Shown here: positions 18,249-27,588 of the stretch, in pieces
How the letters are laid out: each line of letters starts with the position of its first letter
Numbering within the stretch: position 1 is the stretch's first letter
Assembly (NCBI GenBank): GCA_043797105.1
Contig: JAZDPZ010000009.1
Location: 44,570 to 108,569, forward strand
Source of the DNA: a bacterium
GTDB taxonomy: Bacteria; Cyanobacteriota; Vampirovibrionia; Gastranaerophilales; CAZEDP01
Direction: 5' to 3'
Length of the DNA stretch: 64,000 nucleotides
The notes under the pieces: model-generated
What the model was told of the DNA's origin: nothing
What the model saw: only the letters and a program-made list of their open reading frames with translations
Database searches by the model: none
Position numbers and translations under genes: made by a program

Positions 18249-18422
18249 TTAATTTACTTCAAAAACTCTGCAATCAGTGCCATTTGAACCAGTTTTTATA
18301 TTAACTTTTTTTAAGCATTTAGGACACCATCCTATATAAGCTGTGCCATCCTTATTAATATATATTCTGTTATAGACATTACAGCATTTAAATAAGACAC
18401 TAATGAACTTTTTCTTTGTCAT
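18249..18422 (-). CDS. Small zinc-ribbon-like protein (57 aa), not in ORF track
   Basis: My translation is [57 protein letters not shown]. It has a CC...CxxC arrangement. Confidence 0.45.
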   Translation of the reverse strand: MTKKKFISVLFKCCNVYNRIYINKDGTAYIGWCPKCLKKVNIKTGSNGTDCRVFEVN

Positions 18423-18470
18423 TTTCTTTTTTGTTTATTTATTATAGTAACCTTTGAAAAAAATGAATTT

Positions 18471-19898
18471 TTATTGGCTTTTAATTTTTACTATAAGTCC
18501 ATTACTGACAAAACTTCCTCCTTTATTTAACGGATAATTTACTATTTTGTCATGAACGAACATTTGAGTGGAACTTCCTCCATCCAGATTCATTGCATTG
18601 TAACAGCCAAAATTTTTCATTAATCTTGCAAGCTCATATAGAGAAACACCTGCTGATTTGTTTTGTCTTCCGTCTATGGTTACCATAATGAGTCTGTTAT
18701 CTTCGGTATAACCAACAGCAGTCCTTGGATTACGACCAATAATTGAAGTAAGCTTTTGCTCTTTTGCATCTATATAAATTTGACCTTCCTTAACCAAATA
18801 AGGTCCGCCGCTTACGGCATGTTTTATGTCTGACCAGTCAGGATCGGTTGAAATCAAAATTTCTATAGGATCATTGATTTTTAGTTTTCCTAATTGTTTT
18901 TGAGAACCTGCTATAACAAAGCCTGATTCCGGAATATTAAGTTGATTTTTTGAAATTTCAATTATTTTGTTGTTTTTAACTGCTATTTGTATGCCGTATT
19001 GAGGAGTAGGAGGAGTTATTTTTCCCCATCTGCCGGAGTATAACAGTGTATAAGAAGCTAACATTCTTGGTTGATTTATATTATCAATTTTTATTTCATC
19101 GCCTTGCCGTGTAATAATTTTACCTTGCAAAGAAATTCTCGCCATTCTAAACTGATTGTCTTTTATTCCTAATGTTACTCTTTCATAAATAGGACCTGTC
19201 ATTAATTCTTCATTAATTATTAAAGTGCCAAGAGGAACACCGGATGTAGGCTTGAAAAATGAGGCGTTAATTCCAGCAATACCATTATTTTGTTTTACTA
19301 TATTGCTGATTTTTTTTGTATTTGCAAGGGTAATTCCAGCTAAAGCAGGTTCAATACTAATATATGGGTTGATTGCAGGATTTATCTCCAGAATATTTAT
19401 AAATATAGGACCTGCTTTAGTATATCTTTTTATAATTATATGTTTTACGCCTGGTGCGATATATTTAATTAATCCATCTTTATATCGGGTTTTTACAAGC
19501 TGATCCCATTTATTTTTGTCTAATATAGGAGGTTTTATTGGCGCTATATAATAAGCTATGGGATTTGTTATCTCAAAATCTATAGTTGGCAGTTTATTTT
19601 CATAATTTTTTAACAAAAAATTTTTGTCTTCCTGAAGATAAGAAATGAGCAAGTTTTTGGTTGTTTCAGGAACAATTTTTAAACTTGCTTGAAAATTATT
19701 TGTTAAAATCGGCTTTGTCTTGTGGGTATTTTGAGAGTAAGATAAAGAATTTGATAGGGCTAAGCTGGCTTTGTTTATGAGTATATTTGTATCTTTGGTT
19801 TTATTTTGTGCTATAACCGGATATGCTGCTGTGTATAATAAAATAGCAAAAATACAAACCAGAGAAAATCTCTTGATTTTAGAAGCCATAATGTACAT
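18471..19898 (-). CDS. Secreted phosphodiester glycosidase family (DUF2233-like) protein
   Basis: It has a signal peptide (FSLVCIFAILLYTAAYPVIAQ). The C-terminal blocks are GINASFF, PRTAVGYTEDNRLIMVTIDGRQ..SAGVSLYELA and YNAMNLDGGSSTQM. Confidence 0.7.
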   Translation of the reverse strand: MYIMASKIKRFSLVCIFAILLYTAAYPVIAQNKTKDTNILINKASLALSNSLSYSQNTHKTKPILTNNFQASLKIVPETTKNLLISYLQEDKNFLLKNYENKLPTIDFEITNPIAYYIAPIKPPILDKNKWDQLVKTRYKDGLIKYIAPGVKHIIIKRYTKAGPIFINILEINPAINPYISIEPALAGITLANTKKISNIVKQNNGIAGINASFFKPTSGVPLGTLIINEELMTGPIYERVTLGIKDNQFRMARISLQGKIITRQGDEIKIDNINQPRMLASYTLLYSGRWGKITPPTPQYGIQIAVKNNKIIEISKNQLNIPESGFVIAGSQKQLGKLKINDPIEILISTDPDWSDIKHAVSGGPYLVKEGQIYIDAKEQKLTSIIGRNPRTAVGYTEDNRLIMVTIDGRQNKSAGVSLYELARLMKNFGCYNAMNLDGGSSTQMFVHDKIVNYPLNKGGSFVSNGLIVKIKSQ

Positions 19899-20121
19899 AA
19901 ATCTCCACCCTATCTAAATTTACTTATTCTTAAATATGGCTTATTCTTTTTATATCTATATTATAGCAGATTCTTTTCTTTTTTCCTATAGTTTTTATAA
20001 GTGTTATAGCTACAATCGTTATTTATAAAGCTGATTATTATTGCTATTTAAGGATTTTGACAATGTATTTTTCTACAAACGTAGTAAAATTAAACTTAAT
20101 ATTTCTTAATAAAGCTCTACT

Positions 20122-20157
20122 AAAAAAAGAGCTGTCTTTAAACAGCTCTTTTTTTTA
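20122..20157 (-). terminator. Rho-independent terminator after hsp20 (bidirectional A/T-flanked hairpin)
   Basis: 'aaaaaaagagctgtctttaaacagctctttttttt' forms the stem agagctgt/acagctct, with A- and T-runs on both sides. Confidence 0.7.
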
Positions 20158-20171
20158 TTTTTTAAATAATT

Positions 20172-20633
20172 TTACTCTTCGATAGTTATTTTTTTAAATT
20201 TTTGTTCTTCTTCCTTTGTTTTTGGAACTGTAATGGTTAAAATACCATCTTTAAATTCTGCTTTTGCATTTATATTATCTATTTTTGTTGGCAGAGGAAC
20301 AGTTCTCATAAATTTACCATACCTAAGTTCACTTCTATAAATATTATCTTTTTTTTCTTCTTCTTTTCTTTTAATTTGACCTTTAACTGTAATTGAATCT
20401 TCACCAACTTCTATGTCTATATTTTCTTTATTTATACCTGGCAGTTCAGCTTTAAGCTGATAATTTCCATTTTGTTCATATACTTCTATAGCAGGTCTCC
20501 AGAAAGTTTCCTGTCTGCCTGTTCGCAATCCTACCAAGCCAAAATTTTCAAAAGCATCTTCCAACATATTATTTATTTCTTCTTGAATATCCTGCATAAA
20601 ATAACCTGGTTTTTTAACTCTTATTAAATTCAT
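20172..20633 (-). CDS. Hsp20/alpha-crystallin family small heat-shock protein
   Basis: WRPAIEVYEQNGNYQLKAELPGINKENIDIEV...LTVKG...F.R...LP...D....A.F.DGILTITVPK is the canonical ACD pattern. Confidence 0.9.
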   Translation of the reverse strand: MNLIRVKKPGYFMQDIQEEINNMLEDAFENFGLVGLRTGRQETFWRPAIEVYEQNGNYQLKAELPGINKENIDIEVGEDSITVKGQIKRKEEEKKDNIYRSELRYGKFMRTVPLPTKIDNINAKAEFKDGILTITVPKTKEEEQKFKKITIEE

Positions 20634-20647
20634 AATATTACTCCTTT

Positions 20648-20677
20648 AATTAGTAAAAACAATTTCTTTTACTAATT
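20648..20677 (-). promoter_or_regulatory. Perfect 11-bp inverted repeat in hsp20 5' leader (candidate operator or RNA hairpin)
   Basis: AATTAGTAAAA-N8-TTTTACTAATT ends 1 nt upstream of the AAGGAG Shine-Dalgarno (20641-20646). Confidence 0.4.
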
Positions 20678-20751
20678 ATTACTGTTTTTTTTAAGTTATC
20701 TACCCTCTAATTAACTATTTAAATATTATACTATCTCTGCAAAATCCAGTT

Positions 20752-21099
20752 TTAATAAATAAAAAGCTCAAGCAAATCGCCAATTTTTATGTCAGTTTCA
20801 TCTATGGTTTTGACAGGAATTTCAAGAATACTATAAGCAGTAATTATAAGAGGAGAAATTCTCCAGGGTTTCATATTTTTAATTAAATATTTGACTTTAT
20901 TATTTTTGTCTAAAAAAATAACATCAAAATTAAATTTCATGCCAAATGAATGAATACAATTACATGGAATAATAAGTAATCCTTCTCCTTTATCCAGTTT
21001 TGACCTGTCTAAAAGACCTTGTGTTCTTTTTAGAAAATTATCCGCAATTTTAACTTTTTCAGCGATTAATTTTTGGTTTGATTTATTAATAATTCTCAT
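20752..21099 (-). CDS. DUF192 (COG1430) family protein
   Basis: It shows the pattern A.....R..GLL.R..L....GLLI.PC..IH.FGM.F..DVIFLD.....V...........ILE.P......I..GD. Confidence 0.7.
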   Translation of the reverse strand: MRIINKSNQKLIAEKVKIADNFLKRTQGLLDRSKLDKGEGLLIIPCNCIHSFGMKFNFDVIFLDKNNKVKYLIKNMKPWRISPLIITAYSILEIPVKTIDETDIKIGDLLELFIY

Positions 21100-21187
21100 A
21101 ATCCGCCCATTACCATCTTTAGTTGCAGAAAGGGCTAAGCTCTTTCAAGCACAAATTTTAGTTGAGTATAACACAGTATAATAAAAA

Positions 21188-21400
21188 TTAATCCTGTATT
21201 ATTGCCTCAATATAGCGAACTATGTCTTTTTTAGTTTTGATATTATTTTTTTTAGTTTCTGTTTCTACAAGAGTTATAAGAGAATTAATATTAATTCTCT
21301 TAATATTATCGAGTTTTGTTTTTAGGTTTGATAATTTAATTTCATATAATTGTTCAATAATATCTATGATTTCTTTAATTTCTTCAACAATGTTATTCAT
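21188..21400 (-). CDS. Hypothetical 70-aa coiled-coil protein
   Basis: ORF only. The product is charged and helical-looking. Confidence 0.3.
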   Translation of the reverse strand: MNNIVEEIKEIIDIIEQLYEIKLSNLKTKLDNIKRININSLITLVETETKKNNIKTKKDIVRYIEAIIQD

Positions 21401-21673
21401 GGCTAATTTATCCTCATAAGCTTAACAGAGTAATCTAAAAATTATTTTTTACTAATTAGATTAAAATTTAATTGGTAACCAGAGTAAAAAACTTATAAGC
21501 TTTACAAATTAATTTTTAAGAGTCTTTAATAATAAATTAACTCTAATTTATTAATTTATTATTAAAAAATTGTAAACTTTTTATAACTTTTATTAAGAAA
21601 AATAACTTTTTTTATTTATATTAAAATAATCTGTAATAATTCTTTACTTAAATAAATATAGAATGGATAAAAA

Positions 21674-22690
21674 ATGACTCAAAAAACTGAAAATCAAAAA
21701 AAATATTTTTCAATTTCTCTTAAAAAAGTTATTTATTCTTTAGAATCAGGCATTTTTTCAAAATTAATTTGTGGAGCTGCCAATACTAATCAAAAACAAG
21801 TCGAAAGATTAGCTCTGATTTATTCGTTAGCTGGAATTAATGTTATTGATGTGTCTTTAGAAACCTATATTTCAGCAAAAATAGGAATAAATAAGGCAAA
21901 AGAAATCTATAAGAATAAACAGGATTTTTTTGTTAATTTTAATGAACCTTTAATAATGGTTAGTTTAAATGCAGGAGATGATCCGCACTTTAAAAAAGCC
22001 CAAATAAACTTTAATAAATGTGTAAATTGTCTAAACTGCATAAAAATTTGCTCTGCTAAAGCATTATATCAAGAGTTTGATATATTGAAATTTAATATTG
22101 AAAGCTGTTTTGGGTGTGGAAAATGTATAAATTTTTGTGAATATAATGCTATAAATTTAGTAAACTTAGAAAAAGATAAAATTTATAATGAATTTTACAA
22201 TGAAATTGAAGCTATTGAAATTCATATTGGACAACATTCAGTTGAAGTCATTGAATTTTTCTTAAAAAATCAACTAAAACTTTTTTCAAAAATAAATTTA
22301 GTATCGTTCAGTATTAGCGCAAGTTTATTTAGCATGTCGCAACTTATAGAATATGCGAATTCAATAACAAAACTGACGGATAAAAAAGTTATTATTCAGC
22401 TTGATGGAGCTTCTATGAGCGCTACAAATCATTCCGCATCGGATATTCAGGCTATAGCTGCCGCTAATATTCTGGTAAATTCAAAAATTAATGCTTATAT
22501 TCAAATATCAGGAGGAACAAATTATTTAACCAGGAGACATTTAGAATTATTTGATCTCAAAATTTCAGGGATTGCTTACGGAACTTATGCAAGAAAAATA
22601 ATTTTTCCCTATATAGAAGAAGTTAATAAAGATTTTTTAAAAAATTTAAAAAAATACGTTAATATTGCTGCAAATTTAATTGCAAAATAG
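21674..22690 (+). CDS. ldpA: LdpA-like iron-sulfur protein (two 4Fe-4S ferredoxin-type motifs)
   Basis: SKLICGAANTN...LALIYSLAGINVIDVS, LIMVSLNAGDDPHFKKA, CVNCLNCIKICSAKA / CFGCGKCINFCEYNA, and QLDGASMS...IQISGGTN...GIAYGTYARK match my recollection of cyanobacterial LdpA blocks (FKLICGAS, MVSLNDGEDPHFRKA, LAGGTN, VAYGSYAR). Confidence 0.65.
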   Translation: MTQKTENQKKYFSISLKKVIYSLESGIFSKLICGAANTNQKQVERLALIYSLAGINVIDVSLETYISAKIGINKAKEIYKNKQDFFVNFNEPLIMVSLNAGDDPHFKKAQINFNKCVNCLNCIKICSAKALYQEFDILKFNIESCFGCGKCINFCEYNAINLVNLEKDKIYNEFYNEIEAIEIHIGQHSVEVIEFFLKNQLKLFSKINLVSFSISASLFSMSQLIEYANSITKLTDKKVIIQLDGASMSATNHSASDIQAIAAANILVNSKINAYIQISGGTNYLTRRHLELFDLKISGIAYGTYARKIIFPYIEEVNKDFLKNLKKYVNIAANLIAK

Positions 22691-22692
22691 TA

Positions 22693-23556
22693 TTAATTTA
22701 AAATATCTTTGGCTTTATACGAACTCCTTACAAGAGGAGCGCATATAGGATATTTAATGCCAATTTCAAAAGCTATTTGCCTTAAGCAATCAAATTCTTC
22801 AGGATCTAAATATCTGTGAACTTTCAGATGATTTCGTGTTGGTTGAATATATTGACCAATAGTCACAATATCGCAATTGTGATTTTTTAAATCTTTCAAA
22901 GTTTCGGTAATTTCTTCATAATTCTCGCCAAATCCTGTCATAAAACCTGATTTAGTATAAATTTCAGAATTTTGCGATTTAATATGCTTAATTAATTCTA
23001 ATGATTTTTCATATTTAGCCTGAGGTCTGACTTCAGGATATAATCTCTTTACCGTTTCAATATTATGACCAAAAACATCAGGCTTTGCTTCAATTACCAG
23101 ATCAACCAGGTCAAGATTACCTCCAAAATCAGGAGTTAACACTTCGATTTTGATATTTAAATTCATTTTTCTAATAGCTTTAATGGTTTTTAAAAAATGA
23201 TTTGCTCCTTTGTCTTTTAAATCATCTCTTGTTACAGATGTTATAACAATATAATCCAAATTTAACTTATTAATAGCATTTGCAATGCGTTCAGGTTCGC
23301 TTTCATCAATAGGCTCAGGTATAAAAATATTCTCTAAAGCTTTATTTACGCTGCAAAAATTGCAATTTCTGGTGCAAACATCACCTAAAATCATAAATGT
23401 AGCTGTATTTTTTGAATAACACTCGTTTTTATTCGGACATCTTGCGCTTTCACAAACAGTGTTAAGTTTGTTCTCCCTCAAGACTTTTCTGACAAATCTT
23501 GTGGACTCGGTGTCTAATATTCCTCTTTTCAGCCAGTTTGGCAATTTTTGTTTCAT
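22693..23556 (-). CDS. lipA: Lipoyl synthase
   Basis: CESARCPNKNEC is the auxiliary cluster and CTRNCNFC is the radical-SAM cluster. The product is 287 aa. Confidence 0.95.
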   Translation of the reverse strand: MKQKLPNWLKRGILDTESTRFVRKVLRENKLNTVCESARCPNKNECYSKNTATFMILGDVCTRNCNFCSVNKALENIFIPEPIDESEPERIANAINKLNLDYIVITSVTRDDLKDKGANHFLKTIKAIRKMNLNIKIEVLTPDFGGNLDLVDLVIEAKPDVFGHNIETVKRLYPEVRPQAKYEKSLELIKHIKSQNSEIYTKSGFMTGFGENYEEITETLKDLKNHNCDIVTIGQYIQPTRNHLKVHRYLDPEEFDCLRQIAFEIGIKYPICAPLVRSSYKAKDILN

Positions 23557-23560
23557 TATT

Positions 23561-24922
23561 TTATTGTTTTATTTTTAAAGTATGTAAAGCTAGTCCGTCT
23601 ATTCCTAAAAAAGCTTCATATAAAGCTTCTGAGCTTGTAGGATGAGCAAATACTGTTTCTTTCATATTTTCAGCTGTTAAATTTGAGTTTATAGCTATTG
23701 CTGCCTGTTGAATCAAACTTGCTGCATGATTTGAAACAGCATGAACTCCTAAAATTTTTTGTTTTGAAGCAAGAACTTTTACAAATCCTTCTACTTCATT
23801 TTCTATGACTGATTTTCCAATAGCGCCAACAGAAAAAATACTTTTTTCATAAGCTATTTCCTGAGCTGTAAGCTCTTTTTCCGTATATCCTACTGAAGCT
23901 ATTTCAGGATTTCCATAAATAATTTTGGGTACTGAATTGTAATTTATATTAACTTTTTTGTTTAATAAAATATTTTCAACGGCTTTAATTCCTTGATGTG
24001 AAGCAACATGAGCTAATGGAAGTATTCCGGTAACATCACCAATAGCATAAATATTATCAATATTGGTTTTTAAATTTTCATCAACGGCGATAAAATCATT
24101 ATTTTTAGCTATGCCAAGTTTTTCAAGTCCTTTAATATTGGAATTAGGTTTTCTTCCTGCTGCTAAAATTACCGCATCAGGCTTAAATTCTCTGTCATTG
24201 TCCAAAAATACTGTTTTATCCTTGATTTTTTCAACTTTAGTATTTATGCAATATTCAATTTTTTTTCTTTTAAATATTTTTTCCAATCTTTGAGATATAT
24301 CTTTGTCAAACATTGGAGCAAGATTTGACGCTAGTTCCACAAGCACAACTTTTTTACCAAAACTTTCAAATATTCTTGTAAATTCAATGCCACTTGCTCC
24401 GCTTCCAATTATCATTACTGACTCAGGAAGTTCGTTCAAGGCTAAAACATCATTTGTATCAAGTATAAATTCATGATCTACAATTAATTTAGGCAATGAT
24501 ACCGGACTGGAACCAGTTGCCAAAATTAAATATTTAAATTCTATTTCCTGATTAAGTATTTTTATTTTATTTTTTGATTCTAAAACAGCTTCCCCAAAAA
24601 TAATATCAATATTATAGCTTTTAATAAGCTGAAAAAGGCTTTTTCTGAGTTTCTCCACTATAAACTGTCTGCGGTTGGATATTTTTTCATAATCAAAACT
24701 TAAATTTTCTAAATTTATACCGAATTTGGAAAAATTTTTAGCTTCATTATATCTGTCAACACTGGCAATAATAGTTTTTGTGGGTATACATCCCTGGTTA
24801 AGGCAAACTCCTCCCAGATTTTTTTTTTCAATTAAAACAACTTTAGCGCCTAATTGTGCTGCTTTAATTGCGCTGATATATCCGCCTGGTCCGGCTCCTA
24901 TTATAGCTATGTCATATTCCAT
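23561..24922 (-). CDS. lpdA: Dihydrolipoyl dehydrogenase
   Basis: It has the FAD loop IIGAGPGGY, the redox-active disulfide GGVCLNQGCIPTK, the NAD loop IIGSGASGIEF, and the C-terminal HAHPTSSE dimerisation motif. Confidence 0.9.
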   Translation of the reverse strand: MEYDIAIIGAGPGGYISAIKAAQLGAKVVLIEKKNLGGVCLNQGCIPTKTIIASVDRYNEAKNFSKFGINLENLSFDYEKISNRRQFIVEKLRKSLFQLIKSYNIDIIFGEAVLESKNKIKILNQEIEFKYLILATGSSPVSLPKLIVDHEFILDTNDVLALNELPESVMIIGSGASGIEFTRIFESFGKKVVLVELASNLAPMFDKDISQRLEKIFKRKKIEYCINTKVEKIKDKTVFLDNDREFKPDAVILAAGRKPNSNIKGLEKLGIAKNNDFIAVDENLKTNIDNIYAIGDVTGILPLAHVASHQGIKAVENILLNKKVNINYNSVPKIIYGNPEIASVGYTEKELTAQEIAYEKSIFSVGAIGKSVIENEVEGFVKVLASKQKILGVHAVSNHAASLIQQAAIAINSNLTAENMKETVFAHPTSSEALYEAFLGIDGLALHTLKIKQ

Positions 24923-24993
24923 AAATTAGATTTTATCATAATCAAGATTTTAAAAAATTCCGGATTATTAGTATTGGAAACTTTAAAAATTAT

Positions 24994-26841
24994 CTATATG
25001 ATCTTAATAGCTTCTGTTGATTTAAGAGGAATCCTGAACCCAAATGAGCTTCCTTCATTTAGCTTACTTTCAACAAAAACATGACCTTTATGATGCTTTT
25101 CAATAGTAATTTTAATCAGATGCAAACCTAAACCGGTGCCTTTTATCGTATGTATTTTATTTTCAACTCTGTAAAATCTGTCAAATATTTTACTTAAATG
25201 TTCTTCATTAATACCTATTCCATTATCCTCAACAGACACTTGCAAATAATTTCCTGTTCTGTCAATTTCTGCTCTTATTTTAACTCGTCCGCCTTTATGA
25301 GAGAACTTAATCGCATTAGATAAGAGATTTTTGAGCACTCTTTCGATACTTTCAGGATTTATCATAATTTTTGGCAAATTAGGTTCAATAATAATTGAAA
25401 ACAAAAGATTTTTTTCTTCAGCAAGCACTTTCATTGATTTTATTGTAAGCTCAATGATTGGACCAATATCTGACGAAGCTTTTTCCAACTCTACATTTGG
25501 CGATTCAAGACGTGAAAAATCAAGAATATCATTTACCATTTTATTTAATCTGTCAGCTTCTTGATTCATTACGCCGATAAATTCATTTTTTGTCTTTTCG
25601 TCAAATTCATTGCCATAATTATATAAAGTATCAATATAACTTCTCAAAACAGTAACCGGGGTTCTTAATTCATGACTAACATTTGATATAAAGGTGTTTT
25701 TCATTCTTTCAATTTCGGCTTCTTTGGTTATATCATGCAGGATAAGTATGTAACCTATATATTCCTGATAAATGGTAAATATTGGTGAAGTAATAGTATT
25801 AATTATTCTATTATTGATTTTTATGCGAAATTGAAGAGGCTTTGCTTCAATTTCTTCTAAAGGAATATTTTTAAATCTTGTTATTTCTTCTTTAAAGCAT
25901 AATTCCCCATTACAATCATAATAATCAAGAATATTTGTGTTAATTATATCTTTGGCGCTAGTTTTAATCATTTTTAAAGAAGCATTATTAACAAGAATAA
26001 TTTTGTCATAGTTATCGCAAACAACAACTCCGTTTGCTATGCTCATTAAAACAGCTTCAAGTTTATTTCGTTCGTATGTTAGCTGATCTATATTTTTTTC
26101 TTCATATTGTCTTAATTTTGCAGACATTTCATTAAATGCGTTAAAAAGTTGTTTTATTTCACCCCAAAGATCCTTTGCAAAAATTTTATATCCAAATTCT
26201 CCTGTTGAAACTCTTTTTACTCCTTCAACCAATAGCGTAATCTGTCTTGTAATAAGCAGTGTATTAACTAAAACAGCAATAATAGATAAAATCCAGGTTA
26301 TTGTAAATATCGCAATTATTAAATCTCTTGTTGTTTTTCCGATAATATTCATTGAATATCCTGTAAAGCCTAGCTGAACAGAACCTATTACCTGTTTTAC
26401 CCCTTTAGTTTCAATGACTATTGGTTGACTGACTTCGATAGTTTTAGAAAGATTTTGCTCATTTGTAAGATAATTCTCACTATTTTTGTTTGCATATAAA
26501 ACTTTTCCGTTTGCGTCTCTAAAAATAATATATAAAATATCTTTATTATTCTTAATAACAAGATCAGTATAAATTTTAAATTTTGTGGATCTTTGTTTTT
26601 CAGGTGTTGAAGCTATGTCAATACCTTGAACCGCTAGAGTCTCAGCAAGCATTAAGCCAAAATTATGATAGCTTTCAATCATTTTTTTTTGAATATTGCT
26701 TATAACAAACCAAGCAGTAAGAATAATTAATATTGAACTTAAAAGTGATCCAATAATAATTAATTTATTTTGTGTGCTTAATCCTAGAAAAAATGGTTTA
26801 TTTTCTTTATCATCGGTAATATTTTTAAAAAAGTTACTCAT
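24994..26841 (-). CDS. Sensor histidine kinase (2 TM, extracytoplasmic sensor, HAMP, PAS, HisKA, HATPase_c)
   Basis: The H-box is FISNVSHELRTPVT, the N-box is NLLSNAIKFS, and the G-boxes are DNGIGI and GTGLGLHL. Two TM segments flank a ~130-aa domain. Confidence 0.9.
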   Translation of the reverse strand: MSNFFKNITDDKENKPFFLGLSTQNKLIIIGSLLSSILIILTAWFVISNIQKKMIESYHNFGLMLAETLAVQGIDIASTPEKQRSTKFKIYTDLVIKNNKDILYIIFRDANGKVLYANKNSENYLTNEQNLSKTIEVSQPIVIETKGVKQVIGSVQLGFTGYSMNIIGKTTRDLIIAIFTITWILSIIAVLVNTLLITRQITLLVEGVKRVSTGEFGYKIFAKDLWGEIKQLFNAFNEMSAKLRQYEEKNIDQLTYERNKLEAVLMSIANGVVVCDNYDKIILVNNASLKMIKTSAKDIINTNILDYYDCNGELCFKEEITRFKNIPLEEIEAKPLQFRIKINNRIINTITSPIFTIYQEYIGYILILHDITKEAEIERMKNTFISNVSHELRTPVTVLRSYIDTLYNYGNEFDEKTKNEFIGVMNQEADRLNKMVNDILDFSRLESPNVELEKASSDIGPIIELTIKSMKVLAEEKNLLFSIIIEPNLPKIMINPESIERVLKNLLSNAIKFSHKGGRVKIRAEIDRTGNYLQVSVEDNGIGINEEHLSKIFDRFYRVENKIHTIKGTGLGLHLIKITIEKHHKGHVFVESKLNEGSSFGFRIPLKSTEAIKII

Positions 26842-26858
26842 ATTTAAATAGTGAATAA

Positions 26859-27437
26859 CTACTGTAAACTTGTTAAAATAAGGTTGCTTACAGATTTTAA
26901 TGTGGCAAAAACTCCTGAACCTTCTTTAGCAACAGCTTCAAAACTTGGATAACTTTCTTTATTCAAATCTTTTTCAAGACACTCAAAACTTAGAATATTA
27001 TCCATATCCCGTTTGTTATATTGAAAAACAACCGGAATATTATCAAGAGAAAGTCCATAATCTTTTAAATTTTCTATAAGATTGTGGAAACTTTCAATGT
27101 TTTCTTCCTGTTTTTCTATTCGTGAATCAGCTACAAAAATCAGACCGTCTATACCGTTTAAAATAAGCTTTCTAGCTGCATTATACTGTTTTTGTCCGGG
27201 AGCGGTATATAAACTAAAACTTGTGCTAAAGCCATTTACTTTACCAAGATTTATTGAAAGAAAATCAAAAAACAGAGTTCTTTCATTAAATCCTTCCAGA
27301 CTGGTCATTTCACTTCTAATAGTAGGGTCAAGTTTATTGTAAATATAAATCAGGTTAGTAGTTTTACCACTTTCTCCTGTGCCACAATATACAATTTTGC
27401 AATTTATTTTGCGATCAGCGTAATTAACAAGAACCAC
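26859..27437 (-). CDS. mglA: MglA-family Ras-like GTPase
   Basis: VNYADRKINCKIVYCGTGESGKTTNLIYIYNK...RTLFFDFLSINLG...FSLYTAPGQKQYNAARKLILNGIDGLIFVADS...QYNKRD closely parallels Myxococcus MglA, including the MglA-specific T(V/A)PGQ in place of DxxGQ. It has a GTG start. The gap to the downstream kinase is 17 nt. Confidence 0.85.
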   Translation of the reverse strand: MVLVNYADRKINCKIVYCGTGESGKTTNLIYIYNKLDPTIRSEMTSLEGFNERTLFFDFLSINLGKVNGFSTSFSLYTAPGQKQYNAARKLILNGIDGLIFVADSRIEKQEENIESFHNLIENLKDYGLSLDNIPVVFQYNKRDMDNILSFECLEKDLNKESYPSFEAVAKEGSGVFATLKSVSNLILTSLQ

Positions 27438-27540
27438 TTTTATTTACTCTTTCATTTCTCATTTAATTTTTATACATCTATTATCCATGAAATTGTTAAT
27501 TCCGACAAGGTATACTATTAACCTAATATAAATTAACAAT

Positions 27541-27567
27541 AATAAAGAGTCTCATTGAGACTCTTTA
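27541..27567 (-). terminator. Hairpin after the Gly-rich peptide gene
   Basis: 'aaagagtctcattgagactcttt' forms a 10-bp stem. The downstream T-tract is weak. Confidence 0.45.
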
Positions 27568-27588
27568 TGGTAAAAATATTTTTTGATT

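Noticed and set aside
24854-25084. 76-aa plus-strand ORF bridging the lpdA/kinase junction
   Set aside because: It overlaps the 5' end of lpdA and the 3' end of the kinase gene in antisense. It has no RBS and a low-complexity translation.
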